This document shows positions 14,540 through 28,389 of a stretch of DNA of 64,000 nucleotides, piece after piece (position 1 is the first letter of the stretch; the number at the start of each line of letters is the position of its first letter). Location: NCBI GenBank assembly GCA_964016885.1, contig OZ024756.1, forward strand, positions 27,466,001-27,530,000. Reading direction: 5' to 3'. The notes beneath the pieces were generated by a model that did not search any database, had not been told where the DNA came from, and worked only from the letters and a program-made list of their open reading frames with translations. The position numbers were made by a program, and so were the translations under genes. The stretch is from Eledone cirrhosa (Eukaryota).

Positions 14540-14905
14540 ACCACCATAAGGATCAATAACTACCTCTACGCGGGGTCGAAATCGTTTACAAGCTTGGATT
14601 AAGTGGTCCTTGTTCATATTGGACATAACTCGAACTATTGCGGCTTTCAAAGAATCTTTGGTGCTATTGGAGTGTTCATTGACATTTTTCTGAACGATGC
14701 TTCATACTTAGTCCAGTGGATTGAGATCTGGAGAATTAAGAGGCCAAATGTTGGGTGTGATGTGATCATGCAAGTTTACGGTCATCCATTCTTGTGTCAC
14801 TTGAGCTTTGTGTGATGGTGCAGAATCTTGTTGAAAGACATAAGGCCTCCCATTGCATATACTGTTGATCCAAGGCTTAACAACTTTATCCAGAACCTCA
14901 ATATA
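14540..14905 (-). pseudogene. maT (DD37D) Tc1/mariner transposase relic
   Basis: rc translation VFQQDSAPSHKAQVTQEWMTVNLHDHITPNIWPLNSPDLNPLD* has 37 residues between the two catalytic Asp residues; in-frame stops follow. Confidence 0.85.
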
Positions 14906-14911
14906 CGTGCT

Positions 14912-15128
14912 ATGTGTTCAATATAACCATATCTAAGTGTTTAACTGCTGTGTTCAATATAACCATATCTAAGTGTTTAACTGCTGTGTTCAATATAACC
15001 ATATCTATGTGTTTAATTGCTGTGTTCAATATAAACCATATCCTATGTGTTTAACTGCCGTGTTCAATATAACCATATCTAAGTGTTTAACTGTTGTGTT
15101 CAATATAAACCATATCCTATGTGTTTAA
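14912..15128. repeat. 36-38 bp minisatellite, about 6 copies
   Basis: Repeated gtgttcaatataaccatatctaagtgtttaactgct. Confidence 0.9.
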
Positions 15129-15519
15129 AAGCTAAGTGCTTTATAAAAGGCATATGTATGTGTTTGAAGATAATCTGTGCAAACAATACATTCGATAATA
15201 TGTATTTGAAATATTTCTCAATATCAAACGCTGATAATTTTATTCGATAAAAAAAATACATAGATATAGATACATATATATAATGTTTTGAATATATTTG
15301 CATATTATTAGAATATTTCAATTTCAGCTGAAAGGAACTATGTTGACTTATTGACTTTATAAACAGCGTGGTATTATAATTGTCTTAGTTGGGTATTGAA
15401 TGAATAAATATATATATGTAAATTTATTGAATACATTAGATTCTCACTAATTTAAAAAGAACTGTGATGCGGTATTATGGCAAATAATATGTATATATAC
15501 ATACATACATATGTACGTT

Positions 15520-15940
15520 CCTACATACATACATACATACATACATACATACATACATACATACATACATACATACATACATACATACATACATACATGG
15601 TGGCTGCCAACTCGTTTTCGAGTACGGCCACTACTTTATATCCATGTAGGAGAACCCCTACATACATACATACATACATACATACATACATACATACATA
15701 CATACATACATACATACATACATACATACATGGTGGCTGCCAACTCGTTTTCGAGTACGGCCACTACATTATATCCATGTAGGAGAACCCCTACATACAT
15801 ACATACATACATACATACATACATACATACATACATACATACATACATACATACATACATGGTGGCTGCCAACTCGTTTTCGAGTACGGCCACTACTTTA
15901 TATCCATGTAGGAGAACCCCTACATACATACATACATACA

Positions 15941-15970
<30 letters not shown>
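15520..15970 (-). repeat. Three tandem copies of the terminal about 62 bp of the (TATG)n-tailed retroposon, separated by (TACA)n
   Basis: tggtggctgccaactcg...ggagaaccccta at 15598, 15731 and 15860. Confidence 0.85.
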
Positions 15971-15972
<2 letters not shown>

Positions 15973-16562
15973 CGAGGGCAATCCCAAAAGTAAGGTCTCC
16001 AAAGCGATGGGGACGCAGAGAAACTGTTCGTACGGCTGTTGGCAACACTGTTGTGATTGGTGCTTCCTTCACTCCCAAACAAGCATGCGCGCGCTTCGCT
16101 GGGATGCTCAATCTTGGCTTGGCAGCCGTTGAGAATGGAGCTCCCGATGAACGCTACCGCCAAGTGCGAAGTTCGCACAGTTATTCGGTTTTTTGAACGC
16201 AAAAGGCGTTGAACCGATTGAAATTCATCGCCAATTGACGCCAATTGACGGAAGTGTATGGACAGTCGTGCATGGATGTCAAAAACGTTCGCAAGTGGTG
16301 TAGAGAGTTTACAGCCGGTCGTACTGAAATTCCCGACGAACAAAGGAGCGGGAGACCGTCAATTTCCGAACGTCAAATTCTCCAGATCTCAATCCACTGG
16401 ACTAAGTATGGAGCATCGTTCAGAAAATTTCCGACAGTCGCAATTTTTCCGTTAAAATCCTGTGGATGGTGCTTCGGGAAACCGCAGGAACCAACATGCA
16501 GAGAGCACCCAGAGTGATCCGCCGATCTTTACGCATGTTTTCCTCAACCTTTGCGACTGTCT
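15973..16562 (+). mobile_element. Rearranged mariner element (5' TIR and HTH region of transposase)
   Basis: TA|CGAGGGCAATCCCAAAAGTAAGGTC TIR; translation ...TEVYGQSCMDVKNVRKWCREFTAGRTEIPDEQRSGRP is a mariner HTH. Confidence 0.85.
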
Positions 16563-16599
16563 AATTAAGAGTTAAAATGTTAAATTTCACATGAAGTAC

Positions 16600-16848
16600 A
16601 TATTAGATTAGATGTTGTCTTCCTGTTTCTTCTACAACAACTACAACGGTACGCGATGGGGCCCACCCACAGCCCCGGCGGACAGAATGGAGAATGCGTT
16701 TCCCCGGAGGACGGCGGGGGAGACGCGCTGGAAAAGCCACTCCAACTCGCGGGGCTCACACCTGCGGCTGGCCAGCTCAGTGCATATGGTGGTGAGTAAG
16801 GAGGTAGCCCTGGCGCCGAGGACACCAGAAGTCTCCACTGCCAGTGGT
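16600..16848 (-). mobile_element. CRE-like (restriction-like endonuclease) non-LTR retrotransposon 3' fragment
   Basis: GC-rich island translating to ETSGVLG...RELEWLFQRVSPAVLRGNAFSIL, the C-terminal motif I associate with CRE-clade elements. Confidence 0.65.
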
Positions 16849-16997
16849 GGTTTGATTATTGTAACATTTAACGACAGGATGGTTTTTAAAAAATTATATT
16901 AATTTGGTAATGAAGTGGAGGGAAAAGAAGGGGAGAATACATATTGATGTATCTAAATAGTAGTGGGGGGGGGGGTAAACAAATACGACCAATCATA

Positions 16998-17181
16998 ATT
17001 GTTTCTATATTAGGCACAAGGCCAGCAATTACCCAGTACATTACTGGTACTTTATTTTATCGACCCCGTAAGGATGAAAGGCAAAGTTAACCTCGGCGGG
17101 ATTTGAACTCAGATCATAAAGGGACGTAATTCTATGCTTCAAAGCATGGTGTCCGACTCTCTACCGATACTGCCAATCCAC
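16998..17181 (-). mobile_element. SINE family 1, near full length, TSD accaatcataat
   Basis: tRNA-like head (tggattggcagtatcggtag...gagttcaaatccc) with a 12-bp direct repeat on both sides. Roughly 25 further copies or fragments, e.g. 3125, 11613, 11913, 12268, 23135, 26657, 27580, 28549, 40120, 42933, 44565, 45350, 47725, 47865, 59950, 61395. Confidence 0.9.
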
Positions 17182-17366
17182 ACCAATCATAATCTGTCTC
17201 TGTATGTACTGCATTTTCGAATATGTCGTCTGCATTTGTTTGATTATTGCAAATTTAATGACAGGATATTTTTTTGAATTCTATATAAATTTTTAAAGGT
17301 AAAAAAAAGGAATTAAATATCATATTTAATGAATTATCAACAGTGGATATTGATGAGTGTGTGTGT

Positions 17367-17472
<106 letters not shown>

Positions 17473-17923
17473 ACGCATGCGTATATGTGTGTATGTATGT
17501 ACATCTAGATTCTAAAAACACATTGTAATAAGAACATATGTAAAAACGAATACAGCAATATAATAAAATACTATGACATCTTTAATAAACTGTGACAAAT
17601 CGACGACACCTGGCGGTGTATTTACATCAGGGTTACCATTTGTTCGATGAAAAAATTTACTTCTAATAATACTGAACACTTTTAACATAGAAAAATAAAT
17701 AAACATTGATTATTATCAAATACAGTCACAGCTGTAGTGTCTAGCAACCATCGTTGGAAATGTGGTTAGGAACCAGGTGGACCATAACGCACCAAAGTAC
17801 TCAATACTTAGGGTAGTAGAGTGGGTAATAGGAACGTGTAGGACCCCGACGGCTGAGCTCAAGCCGTTTCGGCGACTAAATTAGTCCAGAATTAGCCGTC
17901 GAAACGTCGGGGTCCTACTCGTT

Positions 17924-17981
<58 letters not shown>

Positions 17982-18106
17982 GGAGGTGAGTTTTATTGTA
18001 GTACAATAAAGCAATGCAGATATCGGATAAGAAGCACTCTACAGTTTGTAGGACTGGAGTATACATAATATATAAGAACAAAAGATGGTTAAAGGAGTTC
18101 CATGTA

Positions 18107-18173
18107 TTTTATTATGTGCATTTCAAAAACAAATATCGTCATGCAATAATATTTGTGTTTTCATCAGATAAAA
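18107..18173 (-). ncRNA. Hammerhead motif, family A second copy
   Basis: Reverse complement reads ttttat CTGATGA aaacacaaatattattgcatgacgatatttgttttt GAAA tgcaca TA ataaaa. Confidence 0.75.
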
Positions 18174-18804
18174 CAGGAGGACATGATACGAAGGCTAAAA
18201 AACACTTGTGGATAGTTCAGTTTTAAATCAACATATGAGAAGTAGTTTTAGATTGATGTGTGATGTTGGGAAAAAATATTTTATTTAGAGGGGGGGGTGA
18301 AAAAAAGAGGAGGAGATGACAGTGAAGGTGGGGAGGGAGGAGTATAATGAGGAAGGATGAGATAGGAGGAGAGATGGGTGATAGAGAGAGAGAGATAGTT
18401 TTTATAACTGAGAAAGATATATTGTTTTACATAGAGAGGTTGAAAACCGTTGGAAGATAATGTATAAATTAAAAGAATTTGAAAATTAACGAAGGGAAAA
18501 ATATGTGCGAAGAAGGAGAGGGAGTTAACGAATATATATATGTATAATTAGAAAGTGAACAACACAAAATATAACTACTCCATTACCAAATAATATTAAT
18601 ATACGTCTGGATCGGTCATTACACAGAGATGTTATGGATAATATATATATATAAGGGCGGTGCCCCAGCATGGCCTCAGCCGGATGGCTGAAACAGGTAA
18701 AAGAGAATATATATATATGAAAGGTAAACAGAAATAACAACACAATCGGTACAGTATATGGAAGGAATATATTAGGTTAACGCTTGAAATAGCAGGAAGA
18801 GGGT

Positions 18805-18840
18805 CATAATGTTTCGGTCGCTAGTCCTTCATCAGAAGAA
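18805..18840 (-). ncRNA. Minimal hammerhead motif (family also at about 63528-63620, truncated)
   Basis: ttctt CTGATGA aggactagcgacc GAAA ca TT atga. The second copy supplies the matching stem I strand aagaa. Confidence 0.55.
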
Positions 18841-18922
18841 AAAAATGAAAAATAAGATAAATTGAAGGGATATATCTATCTATATATATATATCTATCTA
18901 TATCTATATCTATATCTATCTA

Positions 18923-19010
<88 letters not shown>

Positions 19011-19017
19011 TATATAC

Positions 19018-19221
<204 letters not shown>

Positions 19222-19885
19222 TGGCTGCCAACTCGTTTTCGAGTACGACCACTACTTTATATCCATGTAGGAGAACCCCTACCGATGCGCTGAACGAGTG
19301 TGACTTTTTAGTCCAGCCAGTGACTTGAAAACTCTGGTACAAACACTACACTTGCGACAATTATTGACACATAGTGCTGGGCCCATGGTACCATGTGACG
19401 ACAAGGGCAGAGAGATCTCCAGATATAAAGCAATGCCTGTGCCGTGAAGCTTTTATAGTGAGCAAAGGCACTGCACAAAGCCAGTCCCACTCTCTTAACC
19501 AAGATGATATTTACCAAAAAGAAGAACAAGTCAACATCATTGGATACCATCAGGGTTGCAGGTGTTATATCAGAGTTTTCCTTCTCCTAGAATTCTGCCT
19601 TGACAAAGGCTAAGGGGTCATCTCTCCCGGTGATTTTGGATGGCTATTGACTCTTAAGAGCTCCTTTGCCCTTTGATATATATATATACATAGCGAAGGA
19701 AAAATGGTAAGGAACCAGGTGGACCATAACGCACCAAAGTACTCAATACTTAGGGTAGTAGAGTGGGTAATAGGAGTAAGTAAGACCCCGACGGCTGAGC
19801 TCAAGCCGTTTCGACGGAGCCGTCGAAACGGCTTGAGCTCAGCCGTCGGGGTCTTACTTACTCCTATATACATATATATATATAC

Positions 19886-20009
<124 letters not shown>

Positions 20010-20069
20010 TCATATGCTTCTGCGGTGTTTACTGCTAGAACGCACACACCCGTGAGGAACAGAACGAAA

Positions 20070-20178
20070 ATCTTGCTGACGAAGTAAATTCCTTTGTTCT
20101 GTCGTCAAAAGCCATTAACTTACAGACCCCTGCAAGTGGGTTTTGTCGATGTCGAATTTACAGAAACCTAGCGGAGAT
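20070..20178 (+). ncRNA. Hammerhead-like motif with long stem II
   Basis: atcttg CTGACGA a-gtaaattc...gaatttac-a GAAA cctag cggagat. The cleavage-site region is irregular. Confidence 0.5.
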
Positions 20179-20466
20179 GTTGTATGTTGTATGTGATGTA
20201 TATTGTATGGTAGACATTATGTGTTGCATGTAATGTTTACGCGAGGGTCCAGGTCAGTCAAAAATGTTTCCTGGGTTCAGTTTTTTTCGTCGCTATGGTC
20301 ACTGCGGCCCGTCTATCGGTCGCTGTATTTGATTTGCAAAGCTGCCTAAACGTAATGTTATAACTCTGGGGGTAATATTCTCCATTGAGTGCTTAGCTGC
20401 ACACCGAAACTACATTCGTTAGCTTGGCTGCTAGCAAAAGCTTCGTTGATGTTGTACTGAAATTTG

Positions 20467-20503
<37 letters not shown>

Positions 20504-20509
20504 ATATAT

Positions 20510-21416
<907 letters not shown>

Positions 21417-21870
21417 GTATATTTCAGCAGACAGTCTTATATTGTTTGAGAGGTACATAAATATTGAAACTAAATAGCTCACCTCTTTTAGTTGAACGTC
21501 GGGCCTTAATCATATTAGCTGTTTATATAACAATGGTGGGACACATATAACATTGTCAGGCTTCTTATTTGACTAGCACGAATACTGCTGAGCCGAGTGT
21601 AATATATCACATATCCGTTGCTCTGAGATATCTTGTTGATACTATAAATATATGGCATTGACTGCTTCATACATATACATGTGTGTGTGTGGCTTGTGTG
21701 TGTGATGTGTGTGTGTGACATGTGTGTGTGAGATGAGTAGGTGTGTGATGTGAGTAGGTGTGTGTGTATGTGTGTCAGATGTGAGTAGGTGTCTGTGTAT
21801 GTGTGTGTGTGTGTAACATGTGTGTGTGAGATGAGTAGGTTTATGTGTGTGTGTGTGATGTGAGTAGGTC

Positions 21871-21904
<34 letters not shown>

Positions 21905-21988
21905 GTGTTTATGTGTGCGCGTGTGAGATGTGAGTAGGTGTGTGTGTGTGCGTGATGTGAGTAGGTGTGTGTGTGTGACAGATGTGAG

Positions 21989-22028
<40 letters not shown>

Positions 22029-22147
22029 TGCGCGTGAAGTTCATGGGACAATAACTTTGAAAAATTTCAGCATTGTAAAGCGAATGTTATTGAAACACAT
22101 TCTTCGATCACAGATGTTATGTTTGTTTGTATATATGTATGTATGTC

Positions 22148-22722
22148 TCATGGTCGGGTCGTTGGCGACTAAACTGGCAACCCCACCAAGGTTTCTTGGT
22201 GAGGAGGGTGACTTTGGACATCCTGCGGGACTAAAAACAAAACCTGTCAAAGGGCAAAGGAGCTGTTAAGAGTCAATGGCCATCCAAAATCACCGGGAGA
22301 GATGACCCCTTAGCCTTTGTCAAGGCAGAATTCTAGGAGAAGGAAAACTCTGATATAACACCTGCAACCCTGATGGTATCCAATGATGTTGACTTGTTCT
22401 TCTTTTTGGTAAATATCATCTTGGTTAAGAGAGTGGGACTGGCTTTGTGCAGTGCCTTTGCTCACTATAAAAGCTTCACGGCACAGGCATTGCTTTGTAT
22501 CTGGAGATCTCTCTGCACTTGTCGTCAGATGGTACCATGGGCCCAGCACTATGTGTCAATAATTGTCACAAGTGTAGTGTTTGTACCAGAGTTTTCAAGT
22601 CGCTGGCTGGACTAAAAAGTCACACTCGTTCAGCGCATCGGTAGGGGTTCTCCTATATGGATATAAAGTAGTGGCCGTACTCGAAAACGAGTTGGCAGCC
22701 ACCATATGTATATGTATGTATG
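22148..22722 (+). mobile_element. Non-coding retroposon with RTE-like 5' region and (TATG)n tail; inverted copy at 19218-19676; 5' part shared with about 31490-31625
   Basis: About 460 bp of high identity between the two copies. Contains ctaggagaaggaaaactctga, which resembles RTE 5' UTR sequence from memory. Ends gagttggcagccacca(tatg)n. Confidence 0.65.
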
Positions 22723-22969
22723 TTGTCACAACACCTTTCTAGGAGAGGGAAAACTGAGAAAAAAAAACCTGCAGCTTCGGAAGCTACCGATGATGTTGAC
22801 CAGTTCTCCTTTTCGGGTAGTGTTTGCGATGTTCGGAGGGTGGGATTGATCGAGTGCAAGGCCTTTCCCCACTTAAGAACCTTCAAAGCACAGACATTGC
22901 TTGTTCATGATCTGTTACAGGTTTGTGTGACTGGCCGTAGGGATGTATAAACAAAACCGTCTGCCTTGT

Positions 22970-23044
<75 letters not shown>

Positions 23045-23374
23045 GGTCATTCTACTGATGGGGTCATTCTACTGACATGGCTTTAAAAAGGCTGTTCGCA
23101 TAATTGCGAACGAATCGAATATTATTATTAATATGGATTGGCAGTATCGGTAGAGGGTCGGACGCCATGCTTTGCAGCATAGAGTTACGACTCTTTACGG
23201 ACTGAGTTCAAATCCCTCCGAGGTTAACTTTGCCTTTCGTCGATAAAATAAAGTACCAGTAGTGTACTGGGGTAATTGCTGGCCTTGTGCCAAAAGTAGA
23301 AACATTATTATTCGAAAAATTCAGATTACATTTATTGTATTCAGCCAAGTAGAGCGATAAACTATTTGTTTATT

Positions 23375-23440
<66 letters not shown>

Positions 23441-24106
23441 ACAGAGACAGAGTGAGGGAAAGAGAGTGAAACAGACAGTTAGAAAGAGAAAAAGAGAGAA
23501 ACACTTACACACGTTTTTTCTGAAGTAAGGGAAATAACTCGCAAGAGAGATTTACCTAAGGGAAATAACAGTGTAGTGGATTGGCAGATGTAAGAGAAAA
23601 TAAGACGAAGTGCCTTTGTGGCATCTAGTTCTATCTACGTATTTGCGGGGTTGATAAAATCACCGGAACGATATAATCAACAAAGTCTTCGCCTGAAAAC
23701 TCATAGAAATATATATATATATCACTATACTGGTCTCCATTATTTGATTGATATAAGAAATCTCTCTCCCTCTCTCTCTCTCTTTATATATGTATATATA
23801 ATAAATAGTTGGCTTTTCTGATGAAAAAACAAGAGTTTCAGAAGATCCCGTTAAGGGTGAATAGCAGCGATTTTTTGCTTAAACTTTAATCTGTTATTTT
23901 AATAAATATTTGCTCTACGGTTCTTATATATTTGATATATATTTATCCTTATCCAGCCCTCTTTGGATTTTAGTCTTCAAATTTATTATTATTACTATAT
24001 ATATATATATATGTTTCACAAGGTTTTTGATATGAAATCGTGTCAAAACAAGTAAAACAATATATATATATAGGCTAAACTCATAGGTCAACTGATTCCA
24101 TCCTTA

Positions 24107-24164
<58 letters not shown>

Positions 24165-24169
<5 letters not shown>

Positions 24170-24777
24170 TGTTGTTTACTCGAGAGGAGGCTGCGTTGGC
24201 ATGGACACGTGATGCGCATGAAAGTCGATAGCTGTATTACAAAGTGCAGGGCAATAAAGATAGACGGTAGCCACGGAATAGGCAGACCTAGAAAAACATG
24301 GGATGAGCTGATAAACTCCGACCTCACACACTTACACCTCTCCAAGACAATGTCACTGGACCGAGACCTTTGGCGGTACTCAGTAACAGAGAAGACCCGC
24401 CTTGCCAGTAGGCATCTCTAACAAAATACACCCCGTCCCGCCACCACCACCACCCCATCCACACCACCCCGTTCTATGTAAAGTTATGTTGGTGCCGCGC
24501 CATCCAGGCCGAAACAAATGAGATCGTGTAGGTGTCACGACAAAAAAACACACAGTCCACGCTGTAATGTGGCCGTGTAGGCAACACGGTAAAAACCTCC
24601 CAGACCCACACTGTAAATGTGGTTGGTGTTAGGAAGGGCATCCAACTGTAGAAAACCTGCCAGACAGTCCTATGCGAGCAAGACAATCACTCTTGCCTCA
24701 AGTGGGACTACCCCCGTCCAAACCCATGCAAGCGTGGAACACGGACGTTAAACGTTGATGATGATGATAATGATGAT
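24165..24777 (+). mobile_element. RTE-clade LINE 3' fragment with (GAT)n tail (related at about 29047-29500, 35230-35695, 52398-52987, 57815-58010, 58820-59157)
   Basis: RRLRWHGHVMRM...GRPRKTW motif; terminal ccatgcaagcgtggaacacggacgttaaac(gat)n. Confidence 0.85.
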
Positions 24778-25193
24778 ATATATATATGTGATTAAGGATG
24801 GAATCAGTTGACCTATGAGTTTAGCCTGGCTACAAAAGTAGGCCCACGAAAGGCCAGTTAATACATAGTTTGAACCGACTGAATTCGCCATTAACCCCCC
24901 TTCCCAAACTACCGATAATTACGTCTTATTAAAATGTAAATAAATATACTCGGGAACATTAAATCATTTACAAAATGATACAAGGTTGTTGTATAAATAT
25001 GGGCGTATATATGTGTGTGTGTGTGTGTGTGTACGCGCGTGTGCATGTATGTATGTTTGTGTATGTGCTTATGTGTATGTGCTTATGTGTATGTATGTCC
25101 ATGTGCGCGTGTACAGCTCACACTGTGCCGTCTGAGTTTAATATATTATGCCTGGGAGTTGTAATATATTTATAGAAGCTTGGTTGTGGTTAT

Positions 25194-25245
25194 TCACGTG
25201 ATAACAACGTGTGGCGGGTAAACACTATCCACTGCGCATGCGTCA
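25194..25245 (+). promoter_or_regulatory. Probable proximal promoter: E-box TCACGTGA (25194-25201), GGCGGG, and NRF1-like TGCGCATGCG (25233-25242)
   Basis: CpG-containing motif cluster 165-215 bp upstream of the ATG in otherwise CpG-poor DNA. NRF1-type sites are typical of nuclear-encoded mitochondrial genes. Confidence 0.55.
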
Positions 25246-25407
25246 CCTTTCCTCACAACATAAACAATCACAACATTAACTGTAGCGGTTTCGTTCCAAC
25301 TTTCGTTTCTTCCTGAACTTTAAAGAAATCTGATAGAACCTAACTTCCAGTAAACACAAAGTTGGTTTGCATTTTATATTTGTAATATTCAGCATAAAAC
25401 AAACCAA

Positions 25408-26533
25408 ATGAATCGTTTAGTCGGTTCCTTGGTGGTTCACCACCAAAATTGTTGTCTATTATCGCCATGGAATGTGAGCCATTACTCTACTCGGGTTACA
25501 TCTAAATCTACTTCTTTATTTTCTTCGTCTGGACATCACGAGGCCATTGTGAAAACTCCGATGGCTTCAGTCCGGTCTTTCTCTTCAAACACCGACCAAC
25601 CAGTTACTCATGATGACAAAACCAGCGCCGAATCTAAACCTAAATCAAACAGCTATCGTAATAAACCTGACACCCATCAGGACTTACATGGACGTCCTTT
25701 CGCTAGCCATGACATTGATAACCGTTGGCAAGGACTACTACATGATCGTGAAACGGTCAATAACTCCACGATGGGCTTCCCGTCCTATTCAGGTCCTGTT
25801 GTAAGCTTGCACTCAGCAATGCAATCTAACGTGCCTAAACCTTACTTTCCTAATGATAGGTCGTCTTTCCCAACTCATCAAAATATGCCTGGTGGCGGAA
25901 TAGAAGACCAACAAAAGTTTCTTTACGGCGCTTTACACCACGCCCACCCAAGCAAACAGAAAAGAGACGGGAGCTACCCTGTTAAGTTCGCCGTTCCCGT
26001 ACAAGCTACAACCGGAGTGAAAAGCTCCCATGTTCCGGGAATTATCAGCCAACCAGATTCTGCTGACCACCAGAGCCGAAATCAATCGTCGTTTGAAGAA
26101 GTTGATGTAAATACGATATCTCATATTCATTCTAGCGACTCCGAACACTTAACTCCTTCGCATTCATATCCTAGCAGTCATAATACACAACATAGTGTTG
26201 GTAGTGGTAACGAAACCCTCAATCAGAAAAATGTCCCTGACAATTATCAAACAAATATTTACCCCAGACATTACATTTACAGCGGTTCCTTTGAGAATCT
26301 AGAATCACAGGTCACATATGATGCACCTTGTCCTCAAGGAATTCAAGGTGATGACTGCGTTTACTTCGAACAGTGGATGGAAAGCTGTCTCAGGTACGGC
26401 TTATCTAACTGTGAGGAGCAGCTGAAGAATTTAAAAACCGGCCGAAAGACACTGCAACAGGTACTTGACGAACACCAGAAAATTATTGAAGAAGTTGCTT
26501 TAAACAACAAAAAGAAAGCTTCGTTGGATCAGG
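25408..26533 (+). CDS. FAM210B: FAM210B-like gene, exon 1 (long N-terminal extension with mitochondrial presequence-like start)
   Basis: Non-repetitive 383-codon ORF with ATG in aaATGa context. Donor CAGG|gtaaat at 26533/26534 is phase 1 and matches the phase-1 acceptor at 33189. Linkage to exon 2 is inferred from phase only. Confidence 0.7.
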
Positions 26534-26924
26534 GTAAATATATCTATTATTTTTTATAGCTTATGCTTTTTACATACCCTACATTCAATATTCCGATATT
26601 ACTCTATTGCGTGTTCCAGCCAAAAGCCACACGCCTTCACAATTATATGTAACAATGGTTTCTGATTTAGGCACAAGGCCAACAATTTTCGGTGGTGGCG
26701 GGCAAGTTGATTAAATCGACTCAAGTGCATTACTGGTGTTTTATCAAACGTGTAAGGATGAAAGGCAAAGTTAACCTCAGGGTGATTTGAACTCTGAACG
26801 TAAAGGGACATAACTATATGCTGCAAAGCATGTTGTTCGACGCCTCACCAATACTGCTAGTTCACTACCCTCACCATTATATGTAATAATAGTAATAAAA
26901 GTTATCAATATAATACAGGAGAAG

Positions 26925-27278
26925 AAAAAGAAATAGTTACCAAGCCCCACTTGGTCATGAATGACCATGGATTTGCACCTAGAAAATTCCCCCCCCCCCC
27001 CCCGAGGTGCAAGCCTGGGCAAGGTTTGTTTTGTGGAAGACCAGCAGCCACCCATGTGTACCAGTCTCCCCTCTCCACGCCACCTATGTTGTCCAAGGGA
27101 AAGGCAATGACCGATACAGCTTGGCACCAGTGAAATCACAACTTGTTTCTACAGCTGAGTAAACTGGAGCAACGTGAAATAAAGTGTCTTGCTGAAGGAC
27201 ACAACGCATCACCCAGTCCGAGAATCGAACTCACAACCTTGTGATTGTAAGCCCAATGCTCCAACCACTTACCATGCA
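26925..27278 (-). mobile_element. tRNA-derived SINE family 2 (other copies about 8976-9090 on +, about 40945-41190 on -)
   Basis: rc reads ggtaagtggttggagcattgggc...gtgagttcgattctcgg (A/B boxes) followed by gtgtccttcagcaagacactttatttcacgttgctc. Confidence 0.75.
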
Positions 27279-27859
27279 CCTTCCCATACAAAATAAATAA
27301 CATAAAGAAGCTTCTTCTTCTCCGCCCACCCATTCCCGAGATGGTCGTGGGGGCAGAGTCACCAAATACTTACTCCAGCAGGTCCTGTCAGAAGCAGCTG
27401 GATCCCCAGCCAAGCACATGGATGCTATCCAACCATCTTGCTCAGGGTCTACCCCTGGGTCTCTTGCCAGTTGGTTTTTCCCTTTAAAATCCGTTCAGCG
27501 ATTCTTTCCTGAGACGGAATTGTGATCTCCCAATTTGGAAAAAAAGCTTGTATGCTGTATATTATTACTGTTACCTAAGGGCAGTGGATTGGTAGAAATG
27601 GTAGAGTGTCAGACAACATGCTTTGAGGCATAGAGTTACGGCCCTGTATGTTTTGAGTTCAAATACCTCCGAGGTCAGCTTAGCCTTTCATCGTTATAGG
27701 TGGATGTGTCAATAAAATAAAGTACCCGTAACGCACTGGGATCGATTTGATCGACTTTCCCCCCATTCCTGTCATATTGCTGGCCTTGTGCCTAAATCAG
27801 AAACCAATATCACAGTCACCTATCAAGCATGTCCTTTAAACATACACTGAAGTTATATT

Positions 27860-28307
27860 AAAAGCCCCCTTAAATCCAGGAAAAGTTTCTAAAAGAGTGT
27901 CACGGTCCTAGCATAAGTAACGAAAGAATCACTCTCTGGGAAGAAAAACTTATCAACCTCCCATCTGTAACCACAATTGAGTTAAAGGAGAGTGGGGCAC
28001 TGACCCCCGGAGCAGATACAAACTATACAGTGTGGAAATGTTTAAACCGATTAATATCTGGTGTTGGACGTGCAAAAGTCAATCTTGCAAAATGGGGATA
28101 TTTAAAGGATGGGGACATTATGTGTGACTGCGGCATCGAACCACAGACTGCGCAGCAACTCCTGATATGCCCCCTGCTGGAACACCCCTGCATAGCATTG
28201 GACTTGGCTGAGTTTAATGAGAAAGGACAGCAATGTGTTCAGCTGTGGTAGAACCACATCTAGCCAAGCTTTGTAACTGACACTCTTGTGGACACGACAA
28301 GAAGAAT
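27860..28307 (+). mobile_element. Vingi/Ingi(I-group)-like LINE 3' fragment
   Basis: WKCLNRLISGVGR...KWG...CDCGIEPQTAQQLLICP is a degenerate C-terminal CCHC region; ends ggacacgacaagaagaa. Confidence 0.7.
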
Positions 28308-28328
28308 ATTAAAATACACATGCATGCA

Positions 28329-28389
<61 letters not shown>

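Noticed and set aside
15520-15970. CRISPR-like repeat/spacer appearance
   Set aside because: The spacers are pure (TACA)n, the repeat is the end of a dispersed retroposon, and the context is eukaryotic with no cas genes.
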